Shown here in pieces: positions 39,397 through 49,975 of a stretch of DNA of 64,000 nucleotides; position 1 is the first letter of the stretch, and each line of letters starts with the position of its first letter. A model generated the notes under the pieces. It was given only the letters and a program-made list of their open reading frames with translations, did not search any database and was not told where the DNA came from. The DNA comes from Desulfobacterales bacterium. Its GTDB lineage: Bacteria; Desulfobacterota; Desulfobacteria; Desulfobacterales; UBA2174. Location: assembly GCA_963668645.2 (NCBI GenBank), contig CAXXWC010000021.1, positions 1,472,001-1,536,000 on the forward strand, in the 5' to 3' direction. Position numbers and translations under genes: made by a program.

Positions 39397-40251
39397 ATGA
39401 TATTACTAATGTCAGTGTCCGATGCTAAAGAACGCATACTTATCATCGAACCAGGGCTTACAGAAAAAAATTACTGGTCCGATATCTGGCGATATCGAGA
39501 ATTATTTATAATACTTGCTTGGAGAGATATTTCAGTCAGATACAAGCAAACAATTATCGGAGTTCTGTGGTCTATATTAAGGCCGTTACTCACAATGCTT
39601 GTATTTACCATTGTTTTCGGAAGCGTTGCCAAACTTCCAACTGACGGAAACTCACCTTACCCGTTGCTTGTCTTCTCTGCCATACTTCCTTGGACTCTTT
39701 TTGCCAACTCATTGTCCGAATCTTCAAACAGCCTGATAGATAACACCAATTTAATCAGCAAAGTGTATTTTCCAAGGCTAATAATTCCTATAGCTACCAT
39801 AGTAACGGCAACGGTCGATTTCCTTTTGAGCTTTGTCATTCTCATCGTGATGATGTGTTTATATCAATTCGTTCCTGATTGGCAGCTCCTTTTATTACCA
39901 GCATTCGTTATTTTAGCCCTACTGGCCAGTATTGGTCCAGGGCTTTGGATTACTGCATTCAATGTAAGATACAGAGATTTTCGGTATATAATTCCATTTG
40001 TAGTCCAGTTCGGTCTCTATATTTCACCGGTAGGATTCAGCAGCAAAGTTATCTCTGAAAAATGGCGCTTTATATATAGCTTAAATCCTATGGTGGGTGT
40101 AATTGATGGCTTCCGCTGGTGTATTCTCGGTGGCGACAGCACGATTTATTTTCCTGGATTCTTCCTTAGCCTCGTCGTTGTTGCTTTTTTCTTATGGTTG
40201 GGAATCTCCCGATTCCGAAAGATGGAAAAAACTTTTGCTGATTTGATTTAA
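39397..40251 (+). CDS. wzm: Polysaccharide ABC exporter permease
   Basis: WRYRELFIILAWRDISVRYKQTIIGVLW, LISKVYFPRLIIP, LNPMVGVIDGFRW; start uncertain (39388/39397/39409). Confidence 0.93.
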   Translation: MILLMSVSDAKERILIIEPGLTEKNYWSDIWRYRELFIILAWRDISVRYKQTIIGVLWSILRPLLTMLVFTIVFGSVAKLPTDGNSPYPLLVFSAILPWTLFANSLSESSNSLIDNTNLISKVYFPRLIIPIATIVTATVDFLLSFVILIVMMCLYQFVPDWQLLLLPAFVILALLASIGPGLWITAFNVRYRDFRYIIPFVVQFGLYISPVGFSSKVISEKWRFIYSLNPMVGVIDGFRWCILGGDSTIYFPGFFLSLVVVAFFLWLGISRFRKMEKTFADLI

Positions 40252-40256
40252 AGAAC

Positions 40257-41561
40257 ATGTCTGACATAGTAATAAAAGCTGAAAGCCTAGGTAAGAAATA
40301 CCGTATTGGCCATATGGCCGAAAGAGTTCCTTACATGGCCTTACGTGATGTGTGGATGCAAAATGCGAAAATTTTTTGGAACAAAACGAAAGATTTGTTT
40401 TCGGGAAAACCCGTTATCCAAGGCGATACGCAGGAAGAAGTATGGGCGATTAGAGATGTGAGCTTTGAGATCCACCGTGGAGAGGCTGTCGGGATTATCG
40501 GGCGCAACGGTGCAGGAAAGAGTACATTGCTCAAAGTCCTTTCCCGCATTACCGAACCTTCCGCCGGTCGCCTGACTATCAAGGGACGAGTGGCAAGTCT
40601 CTTGGAGGTGGGAACTGGATTTCACCCTGAACTCTCAGGTAGAGAGAACATTTATCTGAACGGTACTATTCTAGGGATGACGCGTCTTGAGATAAAACGT
40701 AAGTTCGATGAGATCGTTGCCTTTGCTGATGTTGAAAAATACCTCGACACTCCGGTCAAACGTTACTCATCCGGTATGTATTTGCGGCTTGCCTTTTCTG
40801 TCGCGGCGCATTTGGAGCCAGAGATTTTAGTCGTAGACGAAGTTCTGGCTGTGGGCGACATAGAATTCCAAAAAAAGTGTTTAGGAAAAATGAGCGACGT
40901 GACCAAAGAAGGGCGAACGATTTTATTCGTCAGCCACAATATGGCAGCGATAGCCAAACTTTGCAATCTCGCAATTCTTCTAGAAAGAGGCTTGGTCCGG
41001 GACACTGGCACGGCCTCTGATGTCGTATCCGCCTACCTATCCGGGTCACAGAACCTAAATCCGGTCGTTGAATTCCCTCGCAATTATGATACACCTATTC
41101 AATACATTTCAGCTTCGATTAGAGACATGTCAGGCAGATCATTATCAAAACTACTTGATAGCGACTGGTTTATAATCGATTTGGAAGTAAAAGCCTCTGA
41201 GTTTATTTCGAATGTGTATTTCGGACTAATTTTAAGAAATTCACATGGAATTGATGTTCTTTTTGCGGACAGCAGAGATACTGAAGAAAGTGTTGCGGAA
41301 ATTATTACTCCCGGATTACATTGCTATCGATTGAAATTCCCCTATATTTTCAGTCCAGATACCTACTCTGTTTCTATAGGAATTGGAGACAGGCTTAGTC
41401 TGCATAGTTTTCATAATGTGGAATCTGCATTATCATTTGAAATTGTCCAAAGTCGCAATTTTCAGCGGGCTGCAAAGAGACCAGGTATTATAAATTTATC
41501 TCTATCTTGGGAAGAACATACTAAACATTCTGGCGGCTCTTCACCAACCGATACATCCTAA
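40257..41561 (+). CDS. wzt: Polysaccharide ABC exporter ATPase with C-terminal Wzt_C domain
   Basis: GRNGAGKST, YSSGM, LVVDEVLAVGD, VSH; ~180-aa C-terminal extension. Confidence 0.93.
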   Translation: MSDIVIKAESLGKKYRIGHMAERVPYMALRDVWMQNAKIFWNKTKDLFSGKPVIQGDTQEEVWAIRDVSFEIHRGEAVGIIGRNGAGKSTLLKVLSRITEPSAGRLTIKGRVASLLEVGTGFHPELSGRENIYLNGTILGMTRLEIKRKFDEIVAFADVEKYLDTPVKRYSSGMYLRLAFSVAAHLEPEILVVDEVLAVGDIEFQKKCLGKMSDVTKEGRTILFVSHNMAAIAKLCNLAILLERGLVRDTGTASDVVSAYLSGSQNLNPVVEFPRNYDTPIQYISASIRDMSGRSLSKLLDSDWFIIDLEVKASEFISNVYFGLILRNSHGIDVLFADSRDTEESVAEIITPGLHCYRLKFPYIFSPDTYSVSIGIGDRLSLHSFHNVESALSFEIVQSRNFQRAAKRPGIINLSLSWEEHTKHSGGSSPTDTS

Positions 41562-41631
41562 CTAGTCCATTAAACTTACAGACTTAATACTCTCTGAATT
41601 TTCAGTCCTGTAATAAACGACCTCCTTCATT

Positions 41632-42507
41632 TTGGTTGTTATCCTTGAAACGCTTTTTATTTTGACAGCTATAGAAAAAAGCTATAATCGGTGCTTATGT
41701 GGTGGAGACGTCCATCCAATTCAGTACCGTGATCAGTTTTCCAAAAATTGCCTGCTGGTTTGTGAAGAATGCGGTATGATTCGTATTGATGCCGTTCCAT
41801 CCCAGACGCAACTTTGCGATTTTTATCAATATAGTTATAGCAAGAATCGTTGTTACTATGTGAATGATAGCTACATGAAGATCATGAGGCGTAGAGCTGA
41901 AGCTCAATGCAAATTCATTTCTAAGCATATTCAATTAGAGCGGGCGAGCATTATCGATTTTGGATGCGGCTATGGTAGACTACTAGATGTTCTGCGCCAA
42001 AGAGGCGCTACCACCTATGCATCTGATTATGACCCCTTTTGCATAGACTTAGCAAAAAGCCGAGGCCACAAAATTATAGCTCCGGACATTCTCAATAACC
42101 AGTACTCGCAGAAAAGATGGGATTTAGTTTGCCTGAGCCATGTCTTGGAGCACCTCCAAAACCCGAAAGATTTCCTATGCCGATTAAGAAATTGCTCTAC
42201 ATTTGTTTTTGTCGAGGTCCCTAAATACGAAAGATCATGTCATGAACAATTTATCGATCAGGAAGGCCATCTCTGGTTTTTTAATGAGAAGGGACTAAGA
42301 GGACTGATTTCAGCAGCTGGTTTTAATATAGTTTCAATGATAACAGTTGGGCCACCACTACGATTTTTCTGGTCTAATTCCCCTCTAATCAAGCTCATTA
42401 TTTCCTTCCTTAGAAGCGCGGCGCGTGACTATTTTTTCAACATGTACAACGTCCACAATCCTTATGGTATGTGGATAAGACTGATTGCGAGGATAAGAAA
42501 GCTATGA
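41632..42507 (+). CDS. Class I SAM-dependent methyltransferase with N-terminal Cys cluster
   Basis: CLCGG...CEECG, IIDFGCGYG, LSHVLEHL, FVEVP. Confidence 0.85.
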   Translation: MVVILETLFILTAIEKSYNRCLCGGDVHPIQYRDQFSKNCLLVCEECGMIRIDAVPSQTQLCDFYQYSYSKNRCYYVNDSYMKIMRRRAEAQCKFISKHIQLERASIIDFGCGYGRLLDVLRQRGATTYASDYDPFCIDLAKSRGHKIIAPDILNNQYSQKRWDLVCLSHVLEHLQNPKDFLCRLRNCSTFVFVEVPKYERSCHEQFIDQEGHLWFFNEKGLRGLISAAGFNIVSMITVGPPLRFFWSNSPLIKLIISFLRSAARDYFFNMYNVHNPYGMWIRLIARIRKL

Positions 42508-43214
42508 GCACTATTGCAATAATACCCGCGCGATCCGGTAGCAAAGGCATTAGAGGCAAAAATTTGCTGCGGATTTTGGATCGCTCACTAGTTGAATGGT
42601 CAGTGTTTCATGCAAAGCGCGCACAAACAGTAGATCGCGTCCTCGTATCAACCGACTCCGAAGAGATTCGGAACATTGCATTAGCTGCTGGAGCTGAGGC
42701 ACCATTTTTACGGCCTTCAGCACTTGCCGAAGATGATGTGCTAGATCACCCCGTCTTTGTGCATGTGCTTGATTGGATCAAATCAAACGAAAACGATATC
42801 CCTGAAATCGTTGTCCACCTGAGACCCACAGCGCCCTACCGGAAAAATGGGTGGATTGATGAGGCTGTTTCTACACTGTTGAATAACCCCAAAGCTGATG
42901 CGGTCCGTTCAGTCTCAGAAGTCATACAACATCCCTACAGAGTGTTTGAACGAGACCAAGATGGTTTTCTTATCCCTATTATGCTAAACAGACATCCTTC
43001 TCCAGCTCTGCTGCGTCGTCAAGAACTACCGAAAATGTACTACTATAATTGCGTAATTGATGTCACCCGCTCGAAAACGATTTTAGAGAAGCGCTCAATG
43101 ACCGGAGATCATCTTGCCCCTTGGGTAATGGCAGCCGAAGATGTTATAGATATTGACACACCTCGGGATTTTGCTTTTGCCAAATGGTTTATTAGCCGGA
43201 GATATCAATCATGA
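42504..43214 (+). CDS. Acylneuraminate cytidylyltransferase family (NeuA/PseF/LegF-like)
   Basis: IIPARSGSKGIRGKN, VSTDS, LRPTAP, RRQELP, IDIDTPRD; ATGA overlap. Confidence 0.9.
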   Translation: MSTIAIIPARSGSKGIRGKNLLRILDRSLVEWSVFHAKRAQTVDRVLVSTDSEEIRNIALAAGAEAPFLRPSALAEDDVLDHPVFVHVLDWIKSNENDIPEIVVHLRPTAPYRKNGWIDEAVSTLLNNPKADAVRSVSEVIQHPYRVFERDQDGFLIPIMLNRHPSPALLRRQELPKMYYYNCVIDVTRSKTILEKRSMTGDHLAPWVMAAEDVIDIDTPRDFAFAKWFISRRYQS

Positions 43215-44368
43215 AATTACTAATCCTCGGTGCTGGCATGTATGTTACAGGACGCCATTTCACTGATGCCGGCACTGTTTTGACTTCAGCCATTCAAGTC
43301 TTAGCGAAGGAAAAGCAAAACGAAATTACAGTTTGTGCAACATCTCCATACAACTCCGTAATAGTTGATGATGCGGCAGAAAGAATTCAAGAAGCCCTTG
43401 GCCTTTCCATTAATGTTAACTACATCAGTTACGATGGCACAACCGAATCACTTGCAAAAATTGTTCGTGAGCGCGCTATTAATGTAGCGATCGTAGCTAC
43501 TCCAGACCATTTGCATTTTGAGCAAGTTAAAACTCTCCTTGAATTGGGCATACACTGCCTTTGTGTAAAACCTTTGGTCCCAACAGTGAAGCAGCATTCT
43601 ATATTGACGGCGTTAGCCGATAAAAATTTCCTCCTTGGCGTAATCGAGTTTCACAAGCGATGGGATGAATCCAATCTCCTCGCGAAGAAGTATATTTCTG
43701 ATCAGAAATTAGGAACCATTCACAATATTTCAGTCAACTACAGCCAGCGATTGATGATTCCTTGTAAAATCTTCGAGGGTTGGGTTAGACATACAAACAT
43801 CTTCCAATATCTTGGTATTCATTATGTTGATTTGATCTTATGGTTGACCGAATCGAAACCTCTCAGGCTATGCGCCCTTGGAACTCATGGCATTTTGAAC
43901 GACAGGGGCATCGACACCTGGGATTCTGTTCATGTATGGCTTGTATTACGACGCCAACATGGTGAAGAATTTCTCTCACAATTTAATCTTTCCTGGATCG
44001 ACTCTGATTCGTCGCCAGCTTTGTCCAATCAGCATTTTTCTATTCTCGGATCTGAAGGGCGACTTGAAATTGATCAGAGCAATCGCGGCATCAGTGCGAC
44101 CTTAGTCAACCAGCCGATGCAGCATCTAAATCCTTGGTTTTCTGAGATTCTGCCCTCTCCTGACGGTCGTTCCGAGATGCAAGGTTATGGTTTTAAAAGC
44201 ATCGCCCAGTTTTTGAAAGATACACGACAAATCATCGATTACAAGGAGAACGCTTCAAGTTTCATTGGACGGAGGCCAACCTTCCATGATTGCATCGCTT
44301 CTACCCAGGTGATTGAGGCAGTCAATCACTGTCTAAAGGATAGTATCAATGACTTCATCGATTTATAA
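43211..44368 (+). CDS. Gfo/Idh/MocA family oxidoreductase
   Basis: LILGAG, VATPDHLH, CVKPL, FHKRWD, YLGIHYVD. Confidence 0.85.
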   Translation: MKLLILGAGMYVTGRHFTDAGTVLTSAIQVLAKEKQNEITVCATSPYNSVIVDDAAERIQEALGLSINVNYISYDGTTESLAKIVRERAINVAIVATPDHLHFEQVKTLLELGIHCLCVKPLVPTVKQHSILTALADKNFLLGVIEFHKRWDESNLLAKKYISDQKLGTIHNISVNYSQRLMIPCKIFEGWVRHTNIFQYLGIHYVDLILWLTESKPLRLCALGTHGILNDRGIDTWDSVHVWLVLRRQHGEEFLSQFNLSWIDSDSSPALSNQHFSILGSEGRLEIDQSNRGISATLVNQPMQHLNPWFSEILPSPDGRSEMQGYGFKSIAQFLKDTRQIIDYKENASSFIGRRPTFHDCIASTQVIEAVNHCLKDSINDFIDL

Positions 44369-45395
44369 ATACAACCCTCTTTCTCTAAGGCAATGGATGA
44401 TGGAGCAACTCAAAAGCCGCGGCGTTTCAGTAGATATAGCCGCTCACGTGGTTGGCTCCGTCATAGAAACTTCATTGCGCGGCGTTGATTCTCATGGCAT
44501 CAATTTGTTTCCTCATTATTGCGAAGTAGCTCAATCTGGCAGAATCAAATTAAAACCAAAACTCGAGCGATTCCGTTTAAGCCCATCACTGTCGATCTTA
44601 GACGCTGATTCGACCTTTGGGCACCATGCAGGCGCTATAGCAATGTCTTATGCCCAGGAACTTGCGTCAGAGACCGGTTTCGCACTTGTTAATGTTAAAA
44701 ATTCAAGCCATTTTGGATCCGCCGCATATTTTGCGTTAAGAGCCGCCCGCGATGATTACATAGCCTTCGCATTTACAAATGCTGACGCACTCGTAAAAGC
44801 ACATAATGCTAAACACTCATTTTTTGGTACCAATCCAATTTGTTTTACAGCTCCGTTAACTAATGAGGAGCCTTTATGCCTTGACATGGCGACTAGTTCG
44901 GTATCCTGGAATCGAATCAAAAACTGCCGTTTGGAGGATTGCTTATTGGAACCTGGGTTAGCTTTCGATTCGGAAGGCAATTCTCTAACTGATCCCCATA
45001 AAGCAGTCTCCTTAGCGCCGATAGGAGCATATAAAGGATTTGGTCTCGGAATGATGGTTGAGATAATTTGCTCCCTAATGACTGGCAGTCCAATAGGCAA
45101 AGATATCGCACCCATGTTCCAGTCTATCTCACAACCCCGGCAAATTAGTCATGCATTTATTGCTATAGATGTATCCAAGATAATTCCCATCGATCAGTTC
45201 AAGAGTCAATTAACTCGCATGGTTCTTCGTATTCGCTCAATGGAGAAGTTTAGTATAGAGGAAGTGATGGTACCCGGAGACCCTGAAAAGAAGTTTTTTA
45301 AACAGCGCTCAGCAACTGGGATCCCCATTAATTCTTTCTTTCATGAAGCCTTTCGTCGAATTCATCCGAGCATCGAGAATCATATTATGAAATAG
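44349..45395 (+). CDS. Ldh_2 family (AllD/ComC-type) NAD(P)-dependent dehydrogenase
   Basis: RGVDSHG, NSSHFG, FGTNPI, LDMATS, GAYKGFGLG, VPGDPE. Confidence 0.9.
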   Translation: MTSSIYKYNPLSLRQWMMEQLKSRGVSVDIAAHVVGSVIETSLRGVDSHGINLFPHYCEVAQSGRIKLKPKLERFRLSPSLSILDADSTFGHHAGAIAMSYAQELASETGFALVNVKNSSHFGSAAYFALRAARDDYIAFAFTNADALVKAHNAKHSFFGTNPICFTAPLTNEEPLCLDMATSSVSWNRIKNCRLEDCLLEPGLAFDSEGNSLTDPHKAVSLAPIGAYKGFGLGMMVEIICSLMTGSPIGKDIAPMFQSISQPRQISHAFIAIDVSKIIPIDQFKSQLTRMVLRIRSMEKFSIEEVMVPGDPEKKFFKQRSATGIPINSFFHEAFRRIHPSIENHIMK

Positions 45396-45405
45396 AGATA
45401 TTATT

Positions 45406-46527
45406 ATGTCCGTACTTTACGATATTGTCAATTTCAACAGTGATGCTTCCTGCCTCGATTCTTTTCACTGGCTCAGTATTCTCCATGGAGGCGAGCGATC
45501 ACAACTATTTCGTTGGTTGAGGCTTTTCATCGATCATGAGAAACCAGTGTCAATCGGTTTTACTGGGGCGACACTTGCCGATATCAATGCATTTAATCCA
45601 GAAGCACTGAAGCTGCTTCGAAACTACCCTGATATTTTCCAAATCCTTTCTAGACCCTTTGCTCACGATCTTCCTTTTTTCAGAACTGAAAAGGGTTTTT
45701 GCTTGAACTTGACCCTTGGACAACGTACCGCCAAGAACCTGATAGGACGTTTCAGCCAGCTATATCTTCCTCCTGAGTTCATGCAAACTAATAGGCAAAC
45801 GGCTTTGCTGGCAGAACATGGAGTGAAAGCAACCTTCATTATGGAGTCTCGTTTCAAAGACAGGGATAGGAAACGAATTCCCATAGAACCATATGTTTTA
45901 AAAGGGATTCCGGAAGGACATTTGATCTGTATTCCGGTTACTGGAAATTTGACCAACGCATATTTAAAGACCATCCAACGTCTCGATTCAACGATATGGT
46001 ATAAGGCTATAAGTCCCAACGAATCTTCACTTATTTGGCGGGATGGAGAGAGTTCTTTCCTTCTGCCGGATGGTCTAGAGCGAGAAAAATATTGGCTCTT
46101 ATGCTCAAGAGAAGTCCGTCGGCATCTTGTTGTCCCCGATATAAATAAACTTTTGTGCTACGAAAATGGCTACCCAGTCCATCCGTTTTCAGCTTGGCTA
46201 AATGAAATGAGTATGCTGTGGTTTATTCAAAGAGTATGTCAATTGGAAAATCGTGTAATCAATTCTATGTCTGCGTTGGATATTTCCCGATGGCTTCACT
46301 GCATCAACTCGGATATCTTGTCATCCGTTGAGAAAGATTCGCCAATAGTGCAGCTACGTGCTTTCAATAACGACTCCATAGGCACTTATTGCATCCAACG
46401 CAGCAATCGTGGTCTTGAAGGCGAAGCATTGTTGGAAATTGCCGATAAAGGAGGAATGATTTCTGGCGACCACATTTGGCAAAAGAAAGCGATAATCCGT
46501 GAAAAACTCGTTTATGAGCTGCTTTGA
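45406..46527 (+). CDS. Glycoside hydrolase family 57-like protein
   Basis: FTGATL...PEALKLLR...PFAHDLPF...LYLPPEF (nucleophile-like E) ...RDGE (acid/base-like D) pattern. Confidence 0.5.
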   Translation: MSVLYDIVNFNSDASCLDSFHWLSILHGGERSQLFRWLRLFIDHEKPVSIGFTGATLADINAFNPEALKLLRNYPDIFQILSRPFAHDLPFFRTEKGFCLNLTLGQRTAKNLIGRFSQLYLPPEFMQTNRQTALLAEHGVKATFIMESRFKDRDRKRIPIEPYVLKGIPEGHLICIPVTGNLTNAYLKTIQRLDSTIWYKAISPNESSLIWRDGESSFLLPDGLEREKYWLLCSREVRRHLVVPDINKLLCYENGYPVHPFSAWLNEMSMLWFIQRVCQLENRVINSMSALDISRWLHCINSDILSSVEKDSPIVQLRAFNNDSIGTYCIQRSNRGLEGEALLEIADKGGMISGDHIWQKKAIIREKLVYELL

Positions 46528-47971
46528 TACCCTTGACTCTCTTCCCGAATTTGCGGATGCCGTTTTCGTTCTAAATCAAGAGGCCGAGTTCGGCATACTC
46601 AAAAAAATATTCGATCGCCATTGTATCAGGCGGGCAGTCATCGTTACAAGCCATGCCCCATTCCCTGATGAGCAAAAGGCTCTGCAACAAACCCTTGATC
46701 CGGTTCTGTTGCATTGGATACCAATGTCATGGTTACTGACAGATAGAATGATGGAAGATTGCGATAACATAGCAGTTGATGAATTAACAACCGCCAATCG
46801 ACGTTTAAACACATCCTCTTTTTTAAAACGTTCTCGTTTCCTGCGCAACCAACTGGCCTGCATTCGTATAAGGGAGCGGTTGCGATGGCGCCACTGTTTC
46901 GCATCCAATGGTTTAGGCGTCGTTCTAAGCGCTTGGAAGGGCGCTTTGGCTCTCAGCCCAGCAACCGCCTATTATAGAAATACTATTGGGTCGATGATGC
47001 CGCGCTTAATGAAACAGATACAGGGCATTCGAAAAAAGGATTCGATCGAAGTTGTCTCAAACGAAGAAGAAGCATTTGCATTCATTGGTGGGCCAGTGAA
47101 TCGTTTACGTTTCAGAGCTGGGACACAGACACATAAAATTGAAGCATCCACTTTTCATTTCAAAACTACATATAATCAGAAATTAGTCGTTAGTCTGTTT
47201 AGAATTGCTTCCCGCAAATTTTCCTTTTTACCTATAAATATTGCAACAACCGTCCATAATTTCTCTCCTTGGATGCTTGACAGTTTCCCTGGGATAATGG
47301 TTTTTGTCGACGGCTTCCACCCTCCGAACTACCCCGTCAGTTATGGAGCAGCATATCGTGGAGCGCGAATTGTATCGCGGGAGGATAGCGATCGTCTCTG
47401 GTTCAAGAAATGTGGCTGTACTGTCATACAGGCACCATCTATTATAGAGCCCGATGCACCCTACCGTTATGCCTATGCTCAGAAACGAAAAGGCATGCAA
47501 AATGTTTGCCTGATGCTCAACCACGCCGGCGACTGGAGTGCTCTGATAGATCGATCGGACACCGACCTTGCGGTGATGACCTTTGCGGAAGGGGCATCAA
47601 GGCTTCCAAGTTTAAAGTTCCGCATCCGGCCGCACCCGACTATGGCGAATCCAGCCCACGAAGGCATTCGAAGCCTGCAACGACTGAAACACTGGGCACA
47701 GAAGGTGAGGTGTTCGAATCTTAGCTTCAGCCAAGAGACTCTGGCCAATGATTTGGCATGGGCGGATTGTTGCGTTAGTGAATATTCAGCTATTTTGGTT
47801 GATTGTTTCAATTCTGGAAAGAACTGCATCGCGCTTAATCCCACCAACCGTAGAAGCTTTCTTGATCACTTGCGCCCGATAGGATTGCCAATAGCTCATA
47901 ATTCTGAAGATCTTGTCTTTTCGCTAAAAGCAATAGCCAGTAAATCGGAAACTTTACTGCCTATTTTCTAA
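46514..47971 (+). CDS. Putative GT-B glycosyltransferase of the capsule/ulosonate-transferase type
   Basis: C-terminal FRIRPHP motif followed by LAWADCCVSEYSAILVDC; located in glycan operon. Confidence 0.5.
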   Translation: MSCFDTLDSLPEFADAVFVLNQEAEFGILKKIFDRHCIRRAVIVTSHAPFPDEQKALQQTLDPVLLHWIPMSWLLTDRMMEDCDNIAVDELTTANRRLNTSSFLKRSRFLRNQLACIRIRERLRWRHCFASNGLGVVLSAWKGALALSPATAYYRNTIGSMMPRLMKQIQGIRKKDSIEVVSNEEEAFAFIGGPVNRLRFRAGTQTHKIEASTFHFKTTYNQKLVVSLFRIASRKFSFLPINIATTVHNFSPWMLDSFPGIMVFVDGFHPPNYPVSYGAAYRGARIVSREDSDRLWFKKCGCTVIQAPSIIEPDAPYRYAYAQKRKGMQNVCLMLNHAGDWSALIDRSDTDLAVMTFAEGASRLPSLKFRIRPHPTMANPAHEGIRSLQRLKHWAQKVRCSNLSFSQETLANDLAWADCCVSEYSAILVDCFNSGKNCIALNPTNRRSFLDHLRPIGLPIAHNSEDLVFSLKAIASKSETLLPIF

Positions 47972-47976
47972 AATTT

Positions 47977-48843
47977 GTGGTTGAGCCTAAGGTGGTTTGC
48001 AGCAAATTTATTATGCGAGTGCAGAATCTTACATTGATTTCTCATTTTATCCTTAGAGCACGTTCTCTTTTCAGAAGGCATAGGTATGGTCTGATTGGCA
48101 ACTACACTGACTGGATCCAAGCAAAAGCACATAGCGACGGATACGCGGCCGAGATTATCTTGCAGAAAACTACAGCAGCCCTTCGCAGGGTTAAGATAGG
48201 CGAGTTTGCCTGTGAACGAGACACAGTCCTCTTTCACAAAGTCCAATATTCATGGCCTCTCTTAGCCGGATTGATGTGGGTGGCCGCACGTAACACCGGA
48301 CGGCTGAATGTACTTGATGTGGGTGGATCTTTGGGGAGTACCTATTTTCAGAACCGTACATTTCTTGATGGGCTAGACTTTGTTCGATGGAACATCGTTG
48401 AACAACTCGGGCATGTTAAGGTGGGCCAGCGCGAATTTCAGGATAAACGGCTTCACTTTTATGAAACGATTGCGGCCTGTCTTGAGCAGACGTCGCCCGA
48501 CTTGGTCCTCCTGTGCTCGGTGCTTCAGTATTTGGAACATCCTTACAATATGATCGATTCACTGCTAAATATCCCCTGCCGGTTTCTAATCATCGACCGC
48601 ACTCCGTTCTGGGATGGCGCTGCAGATCGTTTATCGGTGCAGAAGGTGCCAGCAGAGATATATCCTGCCAGCTACCCAAGCTGGATTTTTTCAACGCAAC
48701 AGTTTCATTCGCATTTGGCTCTGAATTGGGACGTGGTAACAGAATTTGATAGCCAAGATCGATTGCCTGCACCGGTGCCTTTGACCTACAGAGGCCTAAT
48801 CGCCACCCGCAGGCAGAGCCTAAACCAAGCTTTTTGCGGCTAG
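47977..48843 (+). CDS. Putative methyltransferase (TIGR04325-like)
   Basis: ACERDTVLF, VLDVGGSLGSTYFQ, WNIVEQ, SVLQYL, IYPASYPSW; alternative ATG at 48013. Confidence 0.8.
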   Translation: MVEPKVVCSKFIMRVQNLTLISHFILRARSLFRRHRYGLIGNYTDWIQAKAHSDGYAAEIILQKTTAALRRVKIGEFACERDTVLFHKVQYSWPLLAGLMWVAARNTGRLNVLDVGGSLGSTYFQNRTFLDGLDFVRWNIVEQLGHVKVGQREFQDKRLHFYETIAACLEQTSPDLVLLCSVLQYLEHPYNMIDSLLNIPCRFLIIDRTPFWDGAADRLSVQKVPAEIYPASYPSWIFSTQQFHSHLALNWDVVTEFDSQDRLPAPVPLTYRGLIATRRQSLNQAFCG

Positions 48844-49226
48844 TAAAATACCCTTCGTTTACCCAGCTATGGCAGAAATTCCAGCTTTTGAAAAAGGGAA
48901 ATGAATTCATAGGAACTGATGACCACTTCTCTTAACATTATATGCAAACAGCCGATTCTTCTTCTCCGTCCCGCTATCGCCCGAGCCAAGACCGCCTTGC
49001 CTCTTGCCCAAACTTCGCGCTTCGTTTGGTTTAGCTGCCTTTGTCAAGATCTCCACCGAATAGCCTGCAGAATTCTCTACTTCGCACAGCGTCTTGTTTT
49101 CGGGAACCGAAAACCCGTTGACCGCCTCGATCCACGGTAAAATCATTCAACCATTGGAACTGCTTTGAAGGCTTCAGTCTGGCATATCGTTAAGTTTCGG
49201 CTCATCGGCTACTACAGGCACCAGCA

Positions 49227-49975
49227 ATGATGCATCCGGGTGTCAGTGCTATGCTCTTCAACCCGTATTACTTCGCCAGGAAAGGTCTTTCCGTAAGCAT
49301 CCGGGAACTAGCTCAAAACATGGATGGAAACATCCTCGATATTGGCTGTGGGACTAAACCTTATGCGGCGTTCTGCCGATCGCGCAATATCGTCGGGCTT
49401 GAAATTGGGAAAGATCCTATCCAATCGCACCGGGCTGATGTTTATTATGGTGGAGGCACACTTCCTTTTCGCGACCAAGCATTCCGGGAACTAGCTCAAA
49501 ACATGGATGGTTATGCTTAACCAGGTCTTGGAACATGTTTTCGATCCATGTTTTCGATTTTTTGATTCGCGAAATCCACCGGGTACTTAAGTCGGAAGGG
49601 TCTGTTCTTTTGACTGTGCCTATGTTGTGGGGCGAGCATGAAAAGCCTCGCGACTGTGCCCGCTATACCTCCTTTGGCATCAGACGCCTTATGGAGCGTA
49701 ACGGCTTTACAGTAACTCATCAGCGTAAAGTCACCACTGGAGTGCGCGCCCTGTTCGCTTTGGCCTGCGCCGGCATTTATGAGCGTGTTGCATGCAGAAG
49801 CTCGAAAACCAATATAGTCGCCGCCCTCCTGTGTTGCATCCCTTTGAACATCTCAGGAGCGATTCTCCACTGGTTGATTCCTACCACTGAGGACATTTAT
49901 CTGGACAACATAATTCTGGGGAAAAAATGCAAAGAGCAAAGAACAGTACAAACTATACCGGATTGCGTGTGCTGA
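49227..49975 (+). pseudogene. Class I SAM methyltransferase (Methyltransf_11) disrupted by local duplications
   Basis: ILDIGCGTKPY ... NQVLEHVFDP ... EIHRVLK...LTVP...HEKPRD split over frames by 28-bp and 12-bp duplications. Confidence 0.8.

Noticed and set aside
48900..49150. Possible degenerate REP-associated transposase C-terminus on the minus strand
   Set aside because: Resemblance is faint and split across frames; not supportable without a search.
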